From positions 2,784,001 to 2,848,000 of the forward strand of contig CAVYRF010000002.1 of NCBI GenBank assembly GCA_963770895.1: a stretch of DNA of 64,000 bases. The letters are read 5' to 3'. Both the position numbers and the translations under genes were made by a program. Positions 8,867 through 17,885 of this stretch are shown here, one piece after another. The notes below the pieces were generated by a model. It did not search any database. It saw only the letters and a list, made by a program, of their open reading frames with translations, and was not told the DNA's origin. Every line of letters begins with the position of its first letter. Position 1 is the first letter of the stretch. Source of the DNA: an uncultured Acidobacteriota bacterium (GTDB lineage Bacteria; Acidobacteriota; Thermoanaerobaculia; Multivoradales; UBA5704).

Positions 8867-10764
8867 TGGATCGATCGGGCCTGGCGTGGCGGATCGGGGC
8901 GGCGCACCTGGCGCTGGCGGTGCTGCTCCAGCTGGAGGACGCCGCCCACCTGGCGGCGGCAGGCGGCGGCGCCGTCCCGAGCGCCTGGAAGCTGGCCGCC
9001 GAGCTTCCCTTCCTGCAGTTGCAGAACCTCGCCGTCGCCGGCGGCCTGGCGCTGGTCGCCTGGCTGTGCGGCGGCCGGCGCTGGCTGCGGCCGCTGCCGC
9101 ACCTGCTGCTCGCGATGGCGAACTGCCTGCTGGTGGCCGACCAGCTGTCGTTCAAGGTGTTCCTGACCCACGTCGACCTGACGCCCGGCGACGCCCCCTG
9201 GAGCTCGCTCGCCGCCCTGCGCAGCTCGGCCTGGGCGGCGGCCGGGTGGACCGCGGCGGCCAACGTCGCGGCGCTCGTCGCGCTGTCGGCGTGGGCGGCG
9301 CGCGGCGCGGCCGGGCTGCCCGCGTGGCTGCGCTCGCGGCGCGCCTGGTGGGCGGCGGCGTGGGCGGTCTGCGCGGCGGTGGTTTCGGTCGTCGCCGAGG
9401 CGCACCAGCTGCAGGCCCATCCGCTGTTCAGCCTGGTGGCAAGCCTGCGCGACGCGGTCCCTGATGCCGCCGGCGCCGGCGCCGCGCCGCAGGTGCCGCT
9501 GGCGGACCTCTACCTGCCGCGCTCCGGCGCCGTGCCAGCGCCCGCCGGCGAGGACGCGGCGCTGCTGCGGGTGCTGGCGCGGCTGCGGCGCCTGAGCCGG
9601 CCCAACGTGCTCCTGGTGGTGCTGGAATCGGTGGGCGCCAAGCAGATGCTGCCGTTTGGCGCGCTCTCCGCCAAGCTGACGCCGGGTCTCGCGGCGCGCG
9701 CCCGCGGCGGCGTCGCGTTCACCGCCGTCTACGCGCCCTTCCCCGGCACCACGCGCTCGCACGTGGCGCTGGAAACGGGCGGCGCGGACATCGCCGGGAG
9801 CGACTTCGACGCCGCGGTGCAGGCGGATTTCGCGGCTCCCGACGCGGCCCGCGCCTTTGCCGGGATGGGGTATCGTGCGGCAGTGTTTTCGGCCGGCTAC
9901 CTGGGTCCGCAGAAGCTGGGCGAAATGCTGCAGCACCAGGGCTATCCGCTGCTGTTCGACCCCGAGCAGCAGGCCCGGCCGTGGCGCACGGCGCACGAAG
10001 TTTCGTCCTGGGGAGTCGACGAACGCGTGGTCTGCCAGCGGCTGCTCGCCTGGACCGCCGCCGCCGGTGCGCAACCCTGGTTCGCCCAGCTGCTCACCGT
10101 GTCCACCCATCATCCGTACGCCGCCCCGGGCGTGCCGGCGCAGTTGGGGGACCAGCGGCGCTACGAAGCCACCCTGGGCTACACCGACACGGTGCTCGCC
10201 GAGCTGCTGCAGGACCTGGAGCGCAGCGGCCAGCTGGCAAGGACCGTCGTGGTGGTGTGCGGCGATCACGGCGAAGCGTTCGCCCGCTGGCACATGCTCA
10301 ACTTCACCCACCGCAACTACCTGTACGAAGAGAACGTGCGCAGCTTCCTGATGGTGCTGCCGCCGCCGGATTCCTCCAGCGCGGGCGACGCCGTCGTTTC
10401 GCAGCGGGTGGCGACGATGGGAGACGTGCTGCCGACGGTGCTGGCCGCGCTCGGCCGGCGGCTTGCCGGCGTCCCCGGCCAGAGCCTGTGGCCGGACGCC
10501 TACAGCCCGCGCATCGTCTACTTCAGCAAGAGCACCCAGCCCGCGCAGTGGGGCCTGCGCGACGGCCGCCTCAAGTTCATTGCCCGCACCGGCAGCGACC
10601 AGCGCGTCGAGCTGTACGACCTGCCGGCGGACCCCGACGAGCAGACCAACCTGGCGGCAGGCCGCCTGGACCTGGCGCAGCTCTACGATCGCCTGTGCGC
10701 CCACTGGTTCGCGAGCGCGTCGGCCGACTTCAGGGCGCGCCTCGCGCCGCGAAAGGACCTTTGA
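8866..10764 (+). CDS. Membrane-anchored LTA-synthase/sulfatase-family (alkaline phosphatase superfamily) protein
   Basis: C-terminal part of the 6505..10764 ORF; ATG overlaps the upstream stop (TGATG). About 5 TM helices, then 'PNVLLVVLES', Thr-nucleophile region 'PGTTRS', 'THHPY', 'GDHGE', 'ELYDL..DPDEQTNL'. Confidence 0.8.
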   Translation: MDRSGLAWRIGAAHLALAVLLQLEDAAHLAAAGGGAVPSAWKLAAELPFLQLQNLAVAGGLALVAWLCGGRRWLRPLPHLLLAMANCLLVADQLSFKVFLTHVDLTPGDAPWSSLAALRSSAWAAAGWTAAANVAALVALSAWAARGAAGLPAWLRSRRAWWAAAWAVCAAVVSVVAEAHQLQAHPLFSLVASLRDAVPDAAGAGAAPQVPLADLYLPRSGAVPAPAGEDAALLRVLARLRRLSRPNVLLVVLESVGAKQMLPFGALSAKLTPGLAARARGGVAFTAVYAPFPGTTRSHVALETGGADIAGSDFDAAVQADFAAPDAARAFAGMGYRAAVFSAGYLGPQKLGEMLQHQGYPLLFDPEQQARPWRTAHEVSSWGVDERVVCQRLLAWTAAAGAQPWFAQLLTVSTHHPYAAPGVPAQLGDQRRYEATLGYTDTVLAELLQDLERSGQLARTVVVVCGDHGEAFARWHMLNFTHRNYLYEENVRSFLMVLPPPDSSSAGDAVVSQRVATMGDVLPTVLAALGRRLAGVPGQSLWPDAYSPRIVYFSKSTQPAQWGLRDGRLKFIARTGSDQRVELYDLPADPDEQTNLAAGRLDLAQLYDRLCAHWFASASADFRARLAPRKDL

Positions 10765-11768
10765 TGACCGCGCCCAACGTCCCCTTCACGCCTGCCGCCG
10801 CACGATCTCGCGGCGGCGCCGTCCTCGGCTTCGCGGCCGCCGCGGCGCTGGCCGCAGGCATGGCCAGCGTCGCCCTCCCTTCCCGCGCCGCCGCCCCACC
10901 GGTCAGCGCCCCGCCGGCCGCAGCCGTGCCCGGCGCCCAGGCGCGCACCTACGCGGTGCAGCTGGCGCGGCCCTCGGTGGTGGGCCAGAAGCAGCTGGCG
11001 ATCGGCGCGCTGGAAAACGACGACACCTCGTCGGGCGGCCTGGACGGCGCCCAGCCGGTCAAGCGGCTGGACAAGGCGACGATCCGCTTTGTCGTCGCCA
11101 GCGAGATCCTGGAAGTGAGCCCGAGCGGCAACGCCCGCCGCGCGGTGCTGACGGTGCGCCGGCTCGACAAGGAGAGCGGCGGCGTCAGCGTCGAGCTGGC
11201 CAAGCCCGGCGAGCTGTTCACCGCGCGCATGGTGGGACACGACCGCGTCGTCGAGCAGCAGGGGACGCCGGTGGCAACCGACCTGCAACAGGCGCTGGCG
11301 GCGGCGGTGCCGCTGCGCTCCGACGACGAGCCGACCGACGACGACCTGTACGGCACGGCCACGCCGCACCGGGTCGGCGACAGCTGGCCGGTGCCGGGCG
11401 CCCTGTTCGCCAGCGCCGGCGCCCAGCACGTGCAGTTCGACCCCAAGCAGGTCGCCGGCACGGTGACCCTTACCGCGGTCAAGCCGGTGCAGGGGCAGCT
11501 CTGCCTGGAGGTGCAGTGGAAGGTCGAAGCGCACCACGGCTCGTTCAAGGCCGGCGGCCTGCCGGGCGGGTTGCTGGGAACGCTGGCGACGATGACGGTG
11601 ACGGGCTCGGCGACGGTGCCGGTCGCCGGCGGCCTGCCGCCCCTGGCGCGCGCCAACGTGATCGCGGCGGTCGGCGACTTCACCGGCGCCAACGAGGACG
11701 GCACCGGACTGACCATCCATCGCGACATGCGGCAGGTCTCGCACGTGGAGTTTTCGCGCATTCCCTGA
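10764..11768 (+). CDS. Hypothetical secreted protein, beta-rich
   Basis: C-terminal part of the 9981..11768 ORF; ATG overlaps the upstream stop; signal peptide ending 'SRA-AA'; GC-rich codon pattern. Confidence 0.7.
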   Translation: MTAPNVPFTPAAARSRGGAVLGFAAAAALAAGMASVALPSRAAAPPVSAPPAAAVPGAQARTYAVQLARPSVVGQKQLAIGALENDDTSSGGLDGAQPVKRLDKATIRFVVASEILEVSPSGNARRAVLTVRRLDKESGGVSVELAKPGELFTARMVGHDRVVEQQGTPVATDLQQALAAAVPLRSDDEPTDDDLYGTATPHRVGDSWPVPGALFASAGAQHVQFDPKQVAGTVTLTAVKPVQGQLCLEVQWKVEAHHGSFKAGGLPGGLLGTLATMTVTGSATVPVAGGLPPLARANVIAAVGDFTGANEDGTGLTIHRDMRQVSHVEFSRIP

Positions 11769-11783
11769 GCCGCGCGCACCGGC

Positions 11784-11809
11784 GGAACTTTTTTGCCGGC
11801 GGTGCCGTA
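11784..11809 (+). promoter_or_regulatory. Putative ECF-sigma promoter GGAAC-N17-CGTA
   Basis: GGAAC at 11784-11788 followed by a T-run, and CGTA at 11806-11809, upstream of the hydrolase RBS (GGAGG at 11842). Confidence 0.5.
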
Positions 11810-11854
11810 GTCATGAAGGCTCGGTCACCCCATCGCGTCCTGGAGGACCTCCTG

Positions 11855-13648
11855 ATGCCCGCACCCGCTTCGCCCCGTCTCCTGTTGCTTGCCTCGCTGA
11901 CCCTGCTGGCGCTGGTGCCGCTGCACGCGGTGTCGGCGTCGGCGCCGCCGCCCGCCGCGGTGGCGGGCGCCGCCCCGGCCAAGGTCAGGGCGGCCGATCG
12001 GCTCAAGCCCTGCCAGATTCCGGGAGTCGCAGGAGGGGCGCTGTGCGGCACCTACTCCGTCTGGGAAGATCGCGACGCCCGGCGCGGGCGGCGCATCGAT
12101 CTCAACGTCGTGGTCCTGCCGGCGACGGGTCCGGCCGCAGCGCGGGCCGCGGACGCGGTCACCATGCTGGGCGGCGGGCCGGGGGAGGCAGCGACCGATT
12201 TTGCCGGCGACGTCAGCCGTAACAGCGCGCTGCGCAGCGCGCACGACATCCTGCTGATGGACCAGCGCGGCACCGGCAAGTCCAACCCGCTCAACTGCGA
12301 CTTTTACGGCCCCGGCTCGCACGCCCACGGCGCCGACCCGAAGCTGCTGGCCGGCGACCTGTTCCCGCCTGACAAGGTGCGCCAGTGCCGCGATCAGCTG
12401 TCGCGCGTCGCCGACCTCAAGCTGTACACCACGGCGCTGGGGATGGACGACCTCGACGAGGTGCGTGCCTGGCTCGGCTATCCACGGCTCGACGTCTTTG
12501 GCGGCTCCTACGGCACCCGCGCCGCCCAGGTCTATCTGCGCCGCCACCCGGCCGCGGTGCGCACCGTGATCCTCGACGGCGTGCTGCCGGTCGACGAGCT
12601 CATCCCGCTGCACCACGCCTACGCCGGCAAGCGGGCGATCGACCTGCTGCTGGTCGAATGCGCCCGCGACGCTGCCTGCCATGCGGCGTTCCCGCGGCTC
12701 GCCAGCGAGCTGCAGGAAGTCTTTGCGCGCGTCGATCGCGGCGTCACGGTACGCGTCCTCGACTCCCGGACCGGCGGTACGTTCGAGGTGACGCCCAGCC
12801 GCGCGCTGATCGCCGAAGGGCTGCGCTTCACGATGTACGGCTCGACCGCGCGGCTGGTGCCGCTCGCCATCCACACCGCTTACCAGGGCGACATGGCGCA
12901 GCTGGTGCGGATCGCCAGCGACCGCCGCGCCACCCTCAACAGCGAGCTGGCGATGGGGATGAACTTTTCGGTGACCTGCGCCGAGGACCTGCCCTTCATC
13001 GACGCCGCGACGGCGGCGCGGCTGACCGCCGGCACGCTGCTCGGCGACTACCGCATCCGCGAGCAGAAGCGGGTGTGCCAGGACTGGCCGCGCGGCAGCA
13101 TCCCTGCCGACGCCCATACGCCGGTGCGCTCGACGGTACCGGCACTGCTGTTTTCGGGCGAGCGCGACCCGGTGACGCCGCCCGAGTTTGGCGAGCGCGT
13201 TGCCAAGGGGCTGCCCAACGGGCTGCTGCTCATCGTCCCGCACGGCAGCCACGGCGCCCGCGGTCCGTGCGCTGACGGCATCGTCGCGCGCTTCGTCGCC
13301 AGCGCCACGGTCAAGGGCTTGGACACCTCCTGCATCCAACAGGTGCCGGCCACGGTCTTCGTCACCAAAATGCCGGCCGAAGTGCAGGTCCCCGCCGCCG
13401 TGCTGGACAGCTACGATGGCGTCTACGACCTGCCGGGCGCCCGGCTGAAGGTGGTGCGCAGCGGCTCGCACCTGGTGGTAACCGGTGACGACGGCACTGC
13501 CACCGAGTTCTTTGCCGAAGCCAAGGATCACTTCTTCGCCAAGTTCGACGACGTGGACATCGCCTTTGTCCCCGGCGCCGCGGGCGCTCCCACCGAGATG
13601 GTCGCCAACTTCGGCGGCGAAAAGCTGCGCGGCAAGCGGGTGCACTAG
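11855..13648 (+). CDS. Secreted alpha/beta hydrolase (tripeptidyl-aminopeptidase/TAP-like) with a C-terminal DUF3471-like domain
   Basis: 'GGGPG', 'DQRGTGKS', nucleophile 'GGSYG', 'GERDPVTP', 'HGSHG'; C-terminal 'LDSYDGVY'; RBS GGAGG before ATG 11855. Confidence 0.85.
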   Translation: MPAPASPRLLLLASLTLLALVPLHAVSASAPPPAAVAGAAPAKVRAADRLKPCQIPGVAGGALCGTYSVWEDRDARRGRRIDLNVVVLPATGPAAARAADAVTMLGGGPGEAATDFAGDVSRNSALRSAHDILLMDQRGTGKSNPLNCDFYGPGSHAHGADPKLLAGDLFPPDKVRQCRDQLSRVADLKLYTTALGMDDLDEVRAWLGYPRLDVFGGSYGTRAAQVYLRRHPAAVRTVILDGVLPVDELIPLHHAYAGKRAIDLLLVECARDAACHAAFPRLASELQEVFARVDRGVTVRVLDSRTGGTFEVTPSRALIAEGLRFTMYGSTARLVPLAIHTAYQGDMAQLVRIASDRRATLNSELAMGMNFSVTCAEDLPFIDAATAARLTAGTLLGDYRIREQKRVCQDWPRGSIPADAHTPVRSTVPALLFSGERDPVTPPEFGERVAKGLPNGLLLIVPHGSHGARGPCADGIVARFVASATVKGLDTSCIQQVPATVFVTKMPAEVQVPAAVLDSYDGVYDLPGARLKVVRSGSHLVVTGDDGTATEFFAEAKDHFFAKFDDVDIAFVPGAAGAPTEMVANFGGEKLRGKRVH

Positions 13649-13688
13649 CGGCGGCGCCGCCGCCGGTGCCTGGGGCGATCGGCGGCGG

Positions 13689-14771
13689 CTAGCCGGCCAG
13701 CAGGCCATCGCTGGCCATCAGCTCGGCGTTGAGCAGGGCGGCGCCGGCGGCGCCGCGCATGACGTTGTGGGCCAGGGCGACAAATTTCCAGTGCAGGACC
13801 GGGCATGGGCGCAGGCGGCCGACGGAGGTCGCCATGCCGCGCTCCAGCCCGGCGTCCTTGCGGGTCTGCGGCCGGTCGGGCGCTTCCATCAGGTGGATGG
13901 GGGCGAGCGGCGCGGTCGGCAGGCGCCGCTCCTGCGGCAGGCCGCGCCAGGAGGTGAGCGCGGCGACCAGCTGCTCGCGCGTCGGACTGGCGGCGAATTC
14001 GACGCTGGCCGCCACCAGGTGGCCGTCCACCGCCGCCACGCGGTGGCAGGCGGCGCTCACCGTGAAGGGGAGCGGCCGCACCTGGTCGCCGTCCAGGTCG
14101 CCCAGGATCTTCTGCGGCTCGCTTTCGATCTTGGGCTCCTCGCCGCCGATGTGGGGGACGACGCTGCCCAGGATGTCGAGCGACGGCACCCCCGGATAGC
14201 CGGCGCCGGAGACGGCCTGCAGGGTGGTCACCAGGACGCGCCGCAGCCCGAACTGGCGCAGGGGGGCAAGCGCCATCACCAGCACCACGGCGGCGCAGTT
14301 GGGATTGGTGACGATCGCCCCCTGCCAGCCGCGGCGCTGGCGCTGGACGGGCAGCAGCCCCAGGTGCGCGGGGTTGATTTCCGGCACCAGCAGCGGCACG
14401 TCGGCGGCCATGCGGAAGTGGCTGGAGTTGGAGATGACCAGGTGGCCGGCGGCGGCAAAGGCGGCCTCGATCTCGCCGGCCTGGGCGCCGGCCATCGAAG
14501 AGAACACGACGCGCGGGCCGCGCCCCGGCTCGCACTCGTCGACGCGCAGCTCGCCTAGGCGCGCGGGTGGCGCGCCTTCCAGCTGCCACTGGGTGGCGTC
14601 GGCGTAGCGCTTGCCGGCGCTGCGGTCGCTGGCGCCAAGCCAGGTGAGCTGGAACCAGGGGTGATCGGCCAGCAGCTGCACGAAGCGCTGGCCGACGGTG
14701 CCGGTGGCGCCCAGGATGCCGACCTCGATCCTGGCGGGGGTGGGCGGCGGGGCGGCGGTGGAGGTGTCCAT
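13689..14771 (-). CDS. asd: Aspartate-semialdehyde dehydrogenase (archaeal/eukaryote-like type)
   Basis: 'GILGATGTVGQRF', 'ASDRSAGKRY', 'VPEINP', 'NPNC', 'QAVSGAGYPG', 'HNVMRGAAG'. Confidence 0.94.
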   Translation of the reverse strand: MDTSTAAPPPTPARIEVGILGATGTVGQRFVQLLADHPWFQLTWLGASDRSAGKRYADATQWQLEGAPPARLGELRVDECEPGRGPRVVFSSMAGAQAGEIEAAFAAAGHLVISNSSHFRMAADVPLLVPEINPAHLGLLPVQRQRRGWQGAIVTNPNCAAVVLVMALAPLRQFGLRRVLVTTLQAVSGAGYPGVPSLDILGSVVPHIGGEEPKIESEPQKILGDLDGDQVRPLPFTVSAACHRVAAVDGHLVAASVEFAASPTREQLVAALTSWRGLPQERRLPTAPLAPIHLMEAPDRPQTRKDAGLERGMATSVGRLRPCPVLHWKFVALAHNVMRGAAGAALLNAELMASDGLLAG

Positions 14772-14788
14772 GGCGGTGTGGCGGCTCC

Positions 14789-15805
14789 TCAGGCGGCGTC
14801 GGCGAGCAGCTGGCGCACCAGCTCGGCATACAGGCCGGCCGCCTCGACCAGCTGGCTCTTGGCAACGCGCTCGGCGGCGGTGTGGGCGTCGTGGATGCTT
14901 CCCGGCCCCAGCAGCAGGGGTTGGCCCCAGGCGGTCAGGCGCGGGATGTCGGTGGTGAATTTGACCACGGCGGTGGCGAAGCCGGGCAGGGCGCGCAGCG
15001 CCACCGCGGGCGTCTCGCGCACTTCGGCGACCCGCGCCGGAGCGACGGCGGCGATCAGGTCGCGGCGCAGCGCCGTGGTGTCGCCGACCGTGCGCACCAT
15101 CACTTCGGCGCGCGCCCGGTCGGCGATCACGTTGGGGGCCCGGCCGCCGGTCAGGGTGCCGATGTTGAGCGTCGTTTCGCCCAGCACCTCGGACGTCGGC
15201 AGCGGCACCTGGCGCAGGCGCCCCAGGGCGGCCAGCAGCTGGTCGATGGCCGAGTCGCCCAGCTCGGGATAGGCGGAGTGGGCGGCGCGCCCGTCGGCTT
15301 CGATCGCCAGGTAGAGCGAGCCCTTCGATCCCACGGCCAGGCGGTTGTCGGTGGGCTCGCCGTCGATCAGGAAGCGCGCCCCGCGCGGTGTCAGGTTGGC
15401 GGCGGTGGCGCCGGCGCTGTCGGTCTCTTCGCCCACCACCAGCAGGACGCCGAAGCCGCGCCGGCGCTCCTCGAGCAGGTGCGAAACGGCGCCGAGCATC
15501 GCCGCGATCGCCCCCTTGGCGTCGCACGCGCCGCGGCCGTGGATGTGGTCCGCGTCTTCGCGCGCCGGCAGGAACGGCGGCACGGTGTCCATGTGGGTGG
15601 ACAGCACCACCGCCGGCTCCCCCCAGGCGGCAAACAGGTTGAAGCGGCCGGGCGCGACCGGCAGGCGCTCGACGGTGCCGCCGCCGCGCGCCGCCAGCTC
15701 GCCCAGGCGCGCCGCCAGCAGCTCGCCCAGGCGGCCTTCGTTGCCGGTGATCGACTCGACGTCCACCAGCTCGCGGGTGAGGCGGAAGATCTCGGCCGGG
15801 GTCAT
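14789..15805 (-). CDS. M20 family metallo-hydrolase (DapE/ArgE-like deacylase)
   Basis: 'STHMDTVPP', 'GRGACDAKG', 'VGEE', 'GEPT', 'AHSAYPELG', 'GPGSIHDAHT'. ATG 15805 chosen as start. Confidence 0.88.
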   Translation of the reverse strand: MTPAEIFRLTRELVDVESITGNEGRLGELLAARLGELAARGGGTVERLPVAPGRFNLFAAWGEPAVVLSTHMDTVPPFLPAREDADHIHGRGACDAKGAIAAMLGAVSHLLEERRRGFGVLLVVGEETDSAGATAANLTPRGARFLIDGEPTDNRLAVGSKGSLYLAIEADGRAAHSAYPELGDSAIDQLLAALGRLRQVPLPTSEVLGETTLNIGTLTGGRAPNVIADRARAEVMVRTVGDTTALRRDLIAAVAPARVAEVRETPAVALRALPGFATAVVKFTTDIPRLTAWGQPLLLGPGSIHDAHTAAERVAKSQLVEAAGLYAELVRQLLADAA

Positions 15806-15881
15806 TGGGGAGCAGAGCGTAAGGCGCGCCGCCGCCGCCGTCAAATTGTGCCCGCCAGAGCTTGGGCTAAGATACCCGGCC

Positions 15882-16709
15882 ATGATTGCCATCGACCTTA
15901 CCGGTAAGCGGGCGCTGGTCATGGGCGTCGCCAACGCTCGCAGCCTGGGCTGGGCGATCGCCGAGCGGCTGCACGCCGCCGGCGCGCGGCTGGCCTTCAG
16001 CTACCAGGGCGAGCGGCTGCGCGACGACCTGGTGAAGCTCACCCGCGACCAGCCGGACGCCCTGCTGTACGACTGTGACGTGCGGCGCGACGCGGACATC
16101 GCGGCGCTCTTTGCCTCCCTCCAGGCGGAGTGGGGCGGCCTGGACTACCTGGTCCATTCCATCGCCTTCGCGCCGCGGCCCGCCATGGACGGCCGCTACG
16201 TGGACACGACGCGCGAGGATTGGGCGACGGCGCTGGAGGTGTCGGCCTATTCGCTGGTGGCGGTGGCGCGCGGCGCGGAACCGCTCCTGGCGCCCGGCGG
16301 CGGCATCATCACCCTCAGCTACTACGCCGCCGAAAAGGTGGTGCCGCGCTACAACGTCATGGGCATCGCCAAGAGCGCGCTGGAAGCCAGCGTACGATAT
16401 CTGGCCTACGACCTGGGCAAGCGCGACGTGCGGGTCAACGCGGTGTCGGCGGGCCCGGCGCGCACCGTCGCCGCGCGCAGCATCCCCGGCTTCATGAAGA
16501 TGTTCAACAAGGTCGGCGCCATCGCGCCGCTGGGGCGCAACGTCACCCACGAAGAGATCGGCAACCTGGGTCTGTTCCTGCTCTCGCCGCTCGCCGGCGG
16601 CATCACCGGTGAAACGGTGTACGTGGACGCCGGCTTCCACGTGATGGGCATGGAGCTGGGGGAGGACCCGGCGCCTCCCGCCGGCGGCGCGCCCGCCGGG
16701 GCGTCGTGA
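15882..16709 (+). CDS. fabI: Enoyl-ACP reductase
   Basis: 'GVANARSLGWAIA', 'VHSIAFAP', 'SAYSL', 'YNVMGIAKSALE', 'NAVSAGP'. Confidence 0.95.
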   Translation: MIAIDLTGKRALVMGVANARSLGWAIAERLHAAGARLAFSYQGERLRDDLVKLTRDQPDALLYDCDVRRDADIAALFASLQAEWGGLDYLVHSIAFAPRPAMDGRYVDTTREDWATALEVSAYSLVAVARGAEPLLAPGGGIITLSYYAAEKVVPRYNVMGIAKSALEASVRYLAYDLGKRDVRVNAVSAGPARTVAARSIPGFMKMFNKVGAIAPLGRNVTHEEIGNLGLFLLSPLAGGITGETVYVDAGFHVMGMELGEDPAPPAGGAPAGAS

Positions 16710-16761
16710 GGCGGCTCCGGCCGCGGGGAACGCGGCGACCGCGGCAGAGCGAGGGACGACG

Positions 16762-17871
16762 ATGCAGGCGCTGATCCTGGCCGGAGGCAGCGGCACGCGG
16801 TTCTGGCCGCTGTCGCGGCGGCGGCGGCCCAAGCAGCTGCTCAGCCTCGAGGGCGCCGACAGCTTGCTGCGGGCGACCGCCCTGCGCCTGGCGCCGCTGG
16901 TGCCCCCGGAGGCGATCTGGGTGTGCACCACGGCCGAGCTGGCCCCGGCGGTGCGCCGCGATCTGCCCGAGGTGCCGCCCGAGCAGGTGCTGGTCGAGCC
17001 GCAGGGGCGCAACACGGCGCCGGCGATCGCCTGGTCGTTGCTGTCGATGCCACAGGCGGTGCGCGACGGCGTGGTGGCGGTGCTGCCGGCCGACCATCGC
17101 ATCGGCCAGCCGGAAAGCTTCCGCCAGCTGCTCGGCCAGGCGGCCCAGGTGGTGCGCGCGGAGGACCGGGTGATGACGCTCGGGGTGACGCCGCGCTGGG
17201 CGGAAACCGGGTACGGCTATCTTGAGGTGGCGGCCCCGGCGGCTTCGTCGGCCCCGGCAATCCCGGCGACCCCGGCAACCCCAGCAATGGATGAGACCGG
17301 CGCGGCGGCCGCCGCCGGTGTGCGGCGGGTGGTGCGCTTCATCGAAAAGCCCAACGCCGCCGACGCGGCGCGCTATGCCGCCTCGGGCTGCCACCTGTGG
17401 AACGCCGGAATCTTCGTCTTTCGCGGCAACCGCCTGCTGGAGCTGATCGCCCACCACGATCCCGAGCTGGGGCGCGGCCTGGCGGCGATCGCCGCGGCGC
17501 CGGAGCGCCTGGCGGAGCTGTACGCGACCCTGCCGGCGCGCTCGATCGACTACGCGGTGATGGAGAAGCTCGATTCGCTTTCCACGCTGCCGCTCGACTG
17601 CGGCTGGAGCGACCTGGGCGGCTGGGCGGCGCTGCAGGAAGTGCTGCCGGCCGACGCCGGCGGCAACACCGGCCGCGGCGACCGCGTGGCGGTCGACGCC
17701 AGCGGCAACCTGCTGTTCTCCGACGCCGGCACCATCGCCGTGCTGGGCGTTCACGACCTGGTGGTGGTGCGCACCGGCGACGCCGTGCTGGTGATGCCCA
17801 AGGAGCGCGCGCAGGAGGTGCGCCGGCTGGTGCAGGAGCTGGCCGACCAGGGGCGTGAGGAGCTGCTCTGA
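16762..17871 (+). CDS. manC: Mannose-1-phosphate guanylyltransferase
   Basis: 'LAGGSGTRFWPLSR', 'EPQGRNTAPA', 'PADH', 'ETGYGY', 'FIEKP', 'WNAGIF', 'SIDYAVME', 'WSDLG'. Confidence 0.92.
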   Translation: MQALILAGGSGTRFWPLSRRRRPKQLLSLEGADSLLRATALRLAPLVPPEAIWVCTTAELAPAVRRDLPEVPPEQVLVEPQGRNTAPAIAWSLLSMPQAVRDGVVAVLPADHRIGQPESFRQLLGQAAQVVRAEDRVMTLGVTPRWAETGYGYLEVAAPAASSAPAIPATPATPAMDETGAAAAAGVRRVVRFIEKPNAADAARYAASGCHLWNAGIFVFRGNRLLELIAHHDPELGRGLAAIAAAPERLAELYATLPARSIDYAVMEKLDSLSTLPLDCGWSDLGGWAALQEVLPADAGGNTGRGDRVAVDASGNLLFSDAGTIAVLGVHDLVVVRTGDAVLVMPKERAQEVRRLVQELADQGREELL

Positions 17872-17885
17872 TCCAACCTCTGCAG

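Noticed and set aside
6505-10764. 1419-aa plus-strand ORF and similar giant ORFs (5660..8737, 10463..13648, 51791..53977, 54562..56526)
   Set aside because: These are stop-poor GC-rich frames. Only their C-terminal parts are real genes, and starts were reassigned by RBS or overlap.
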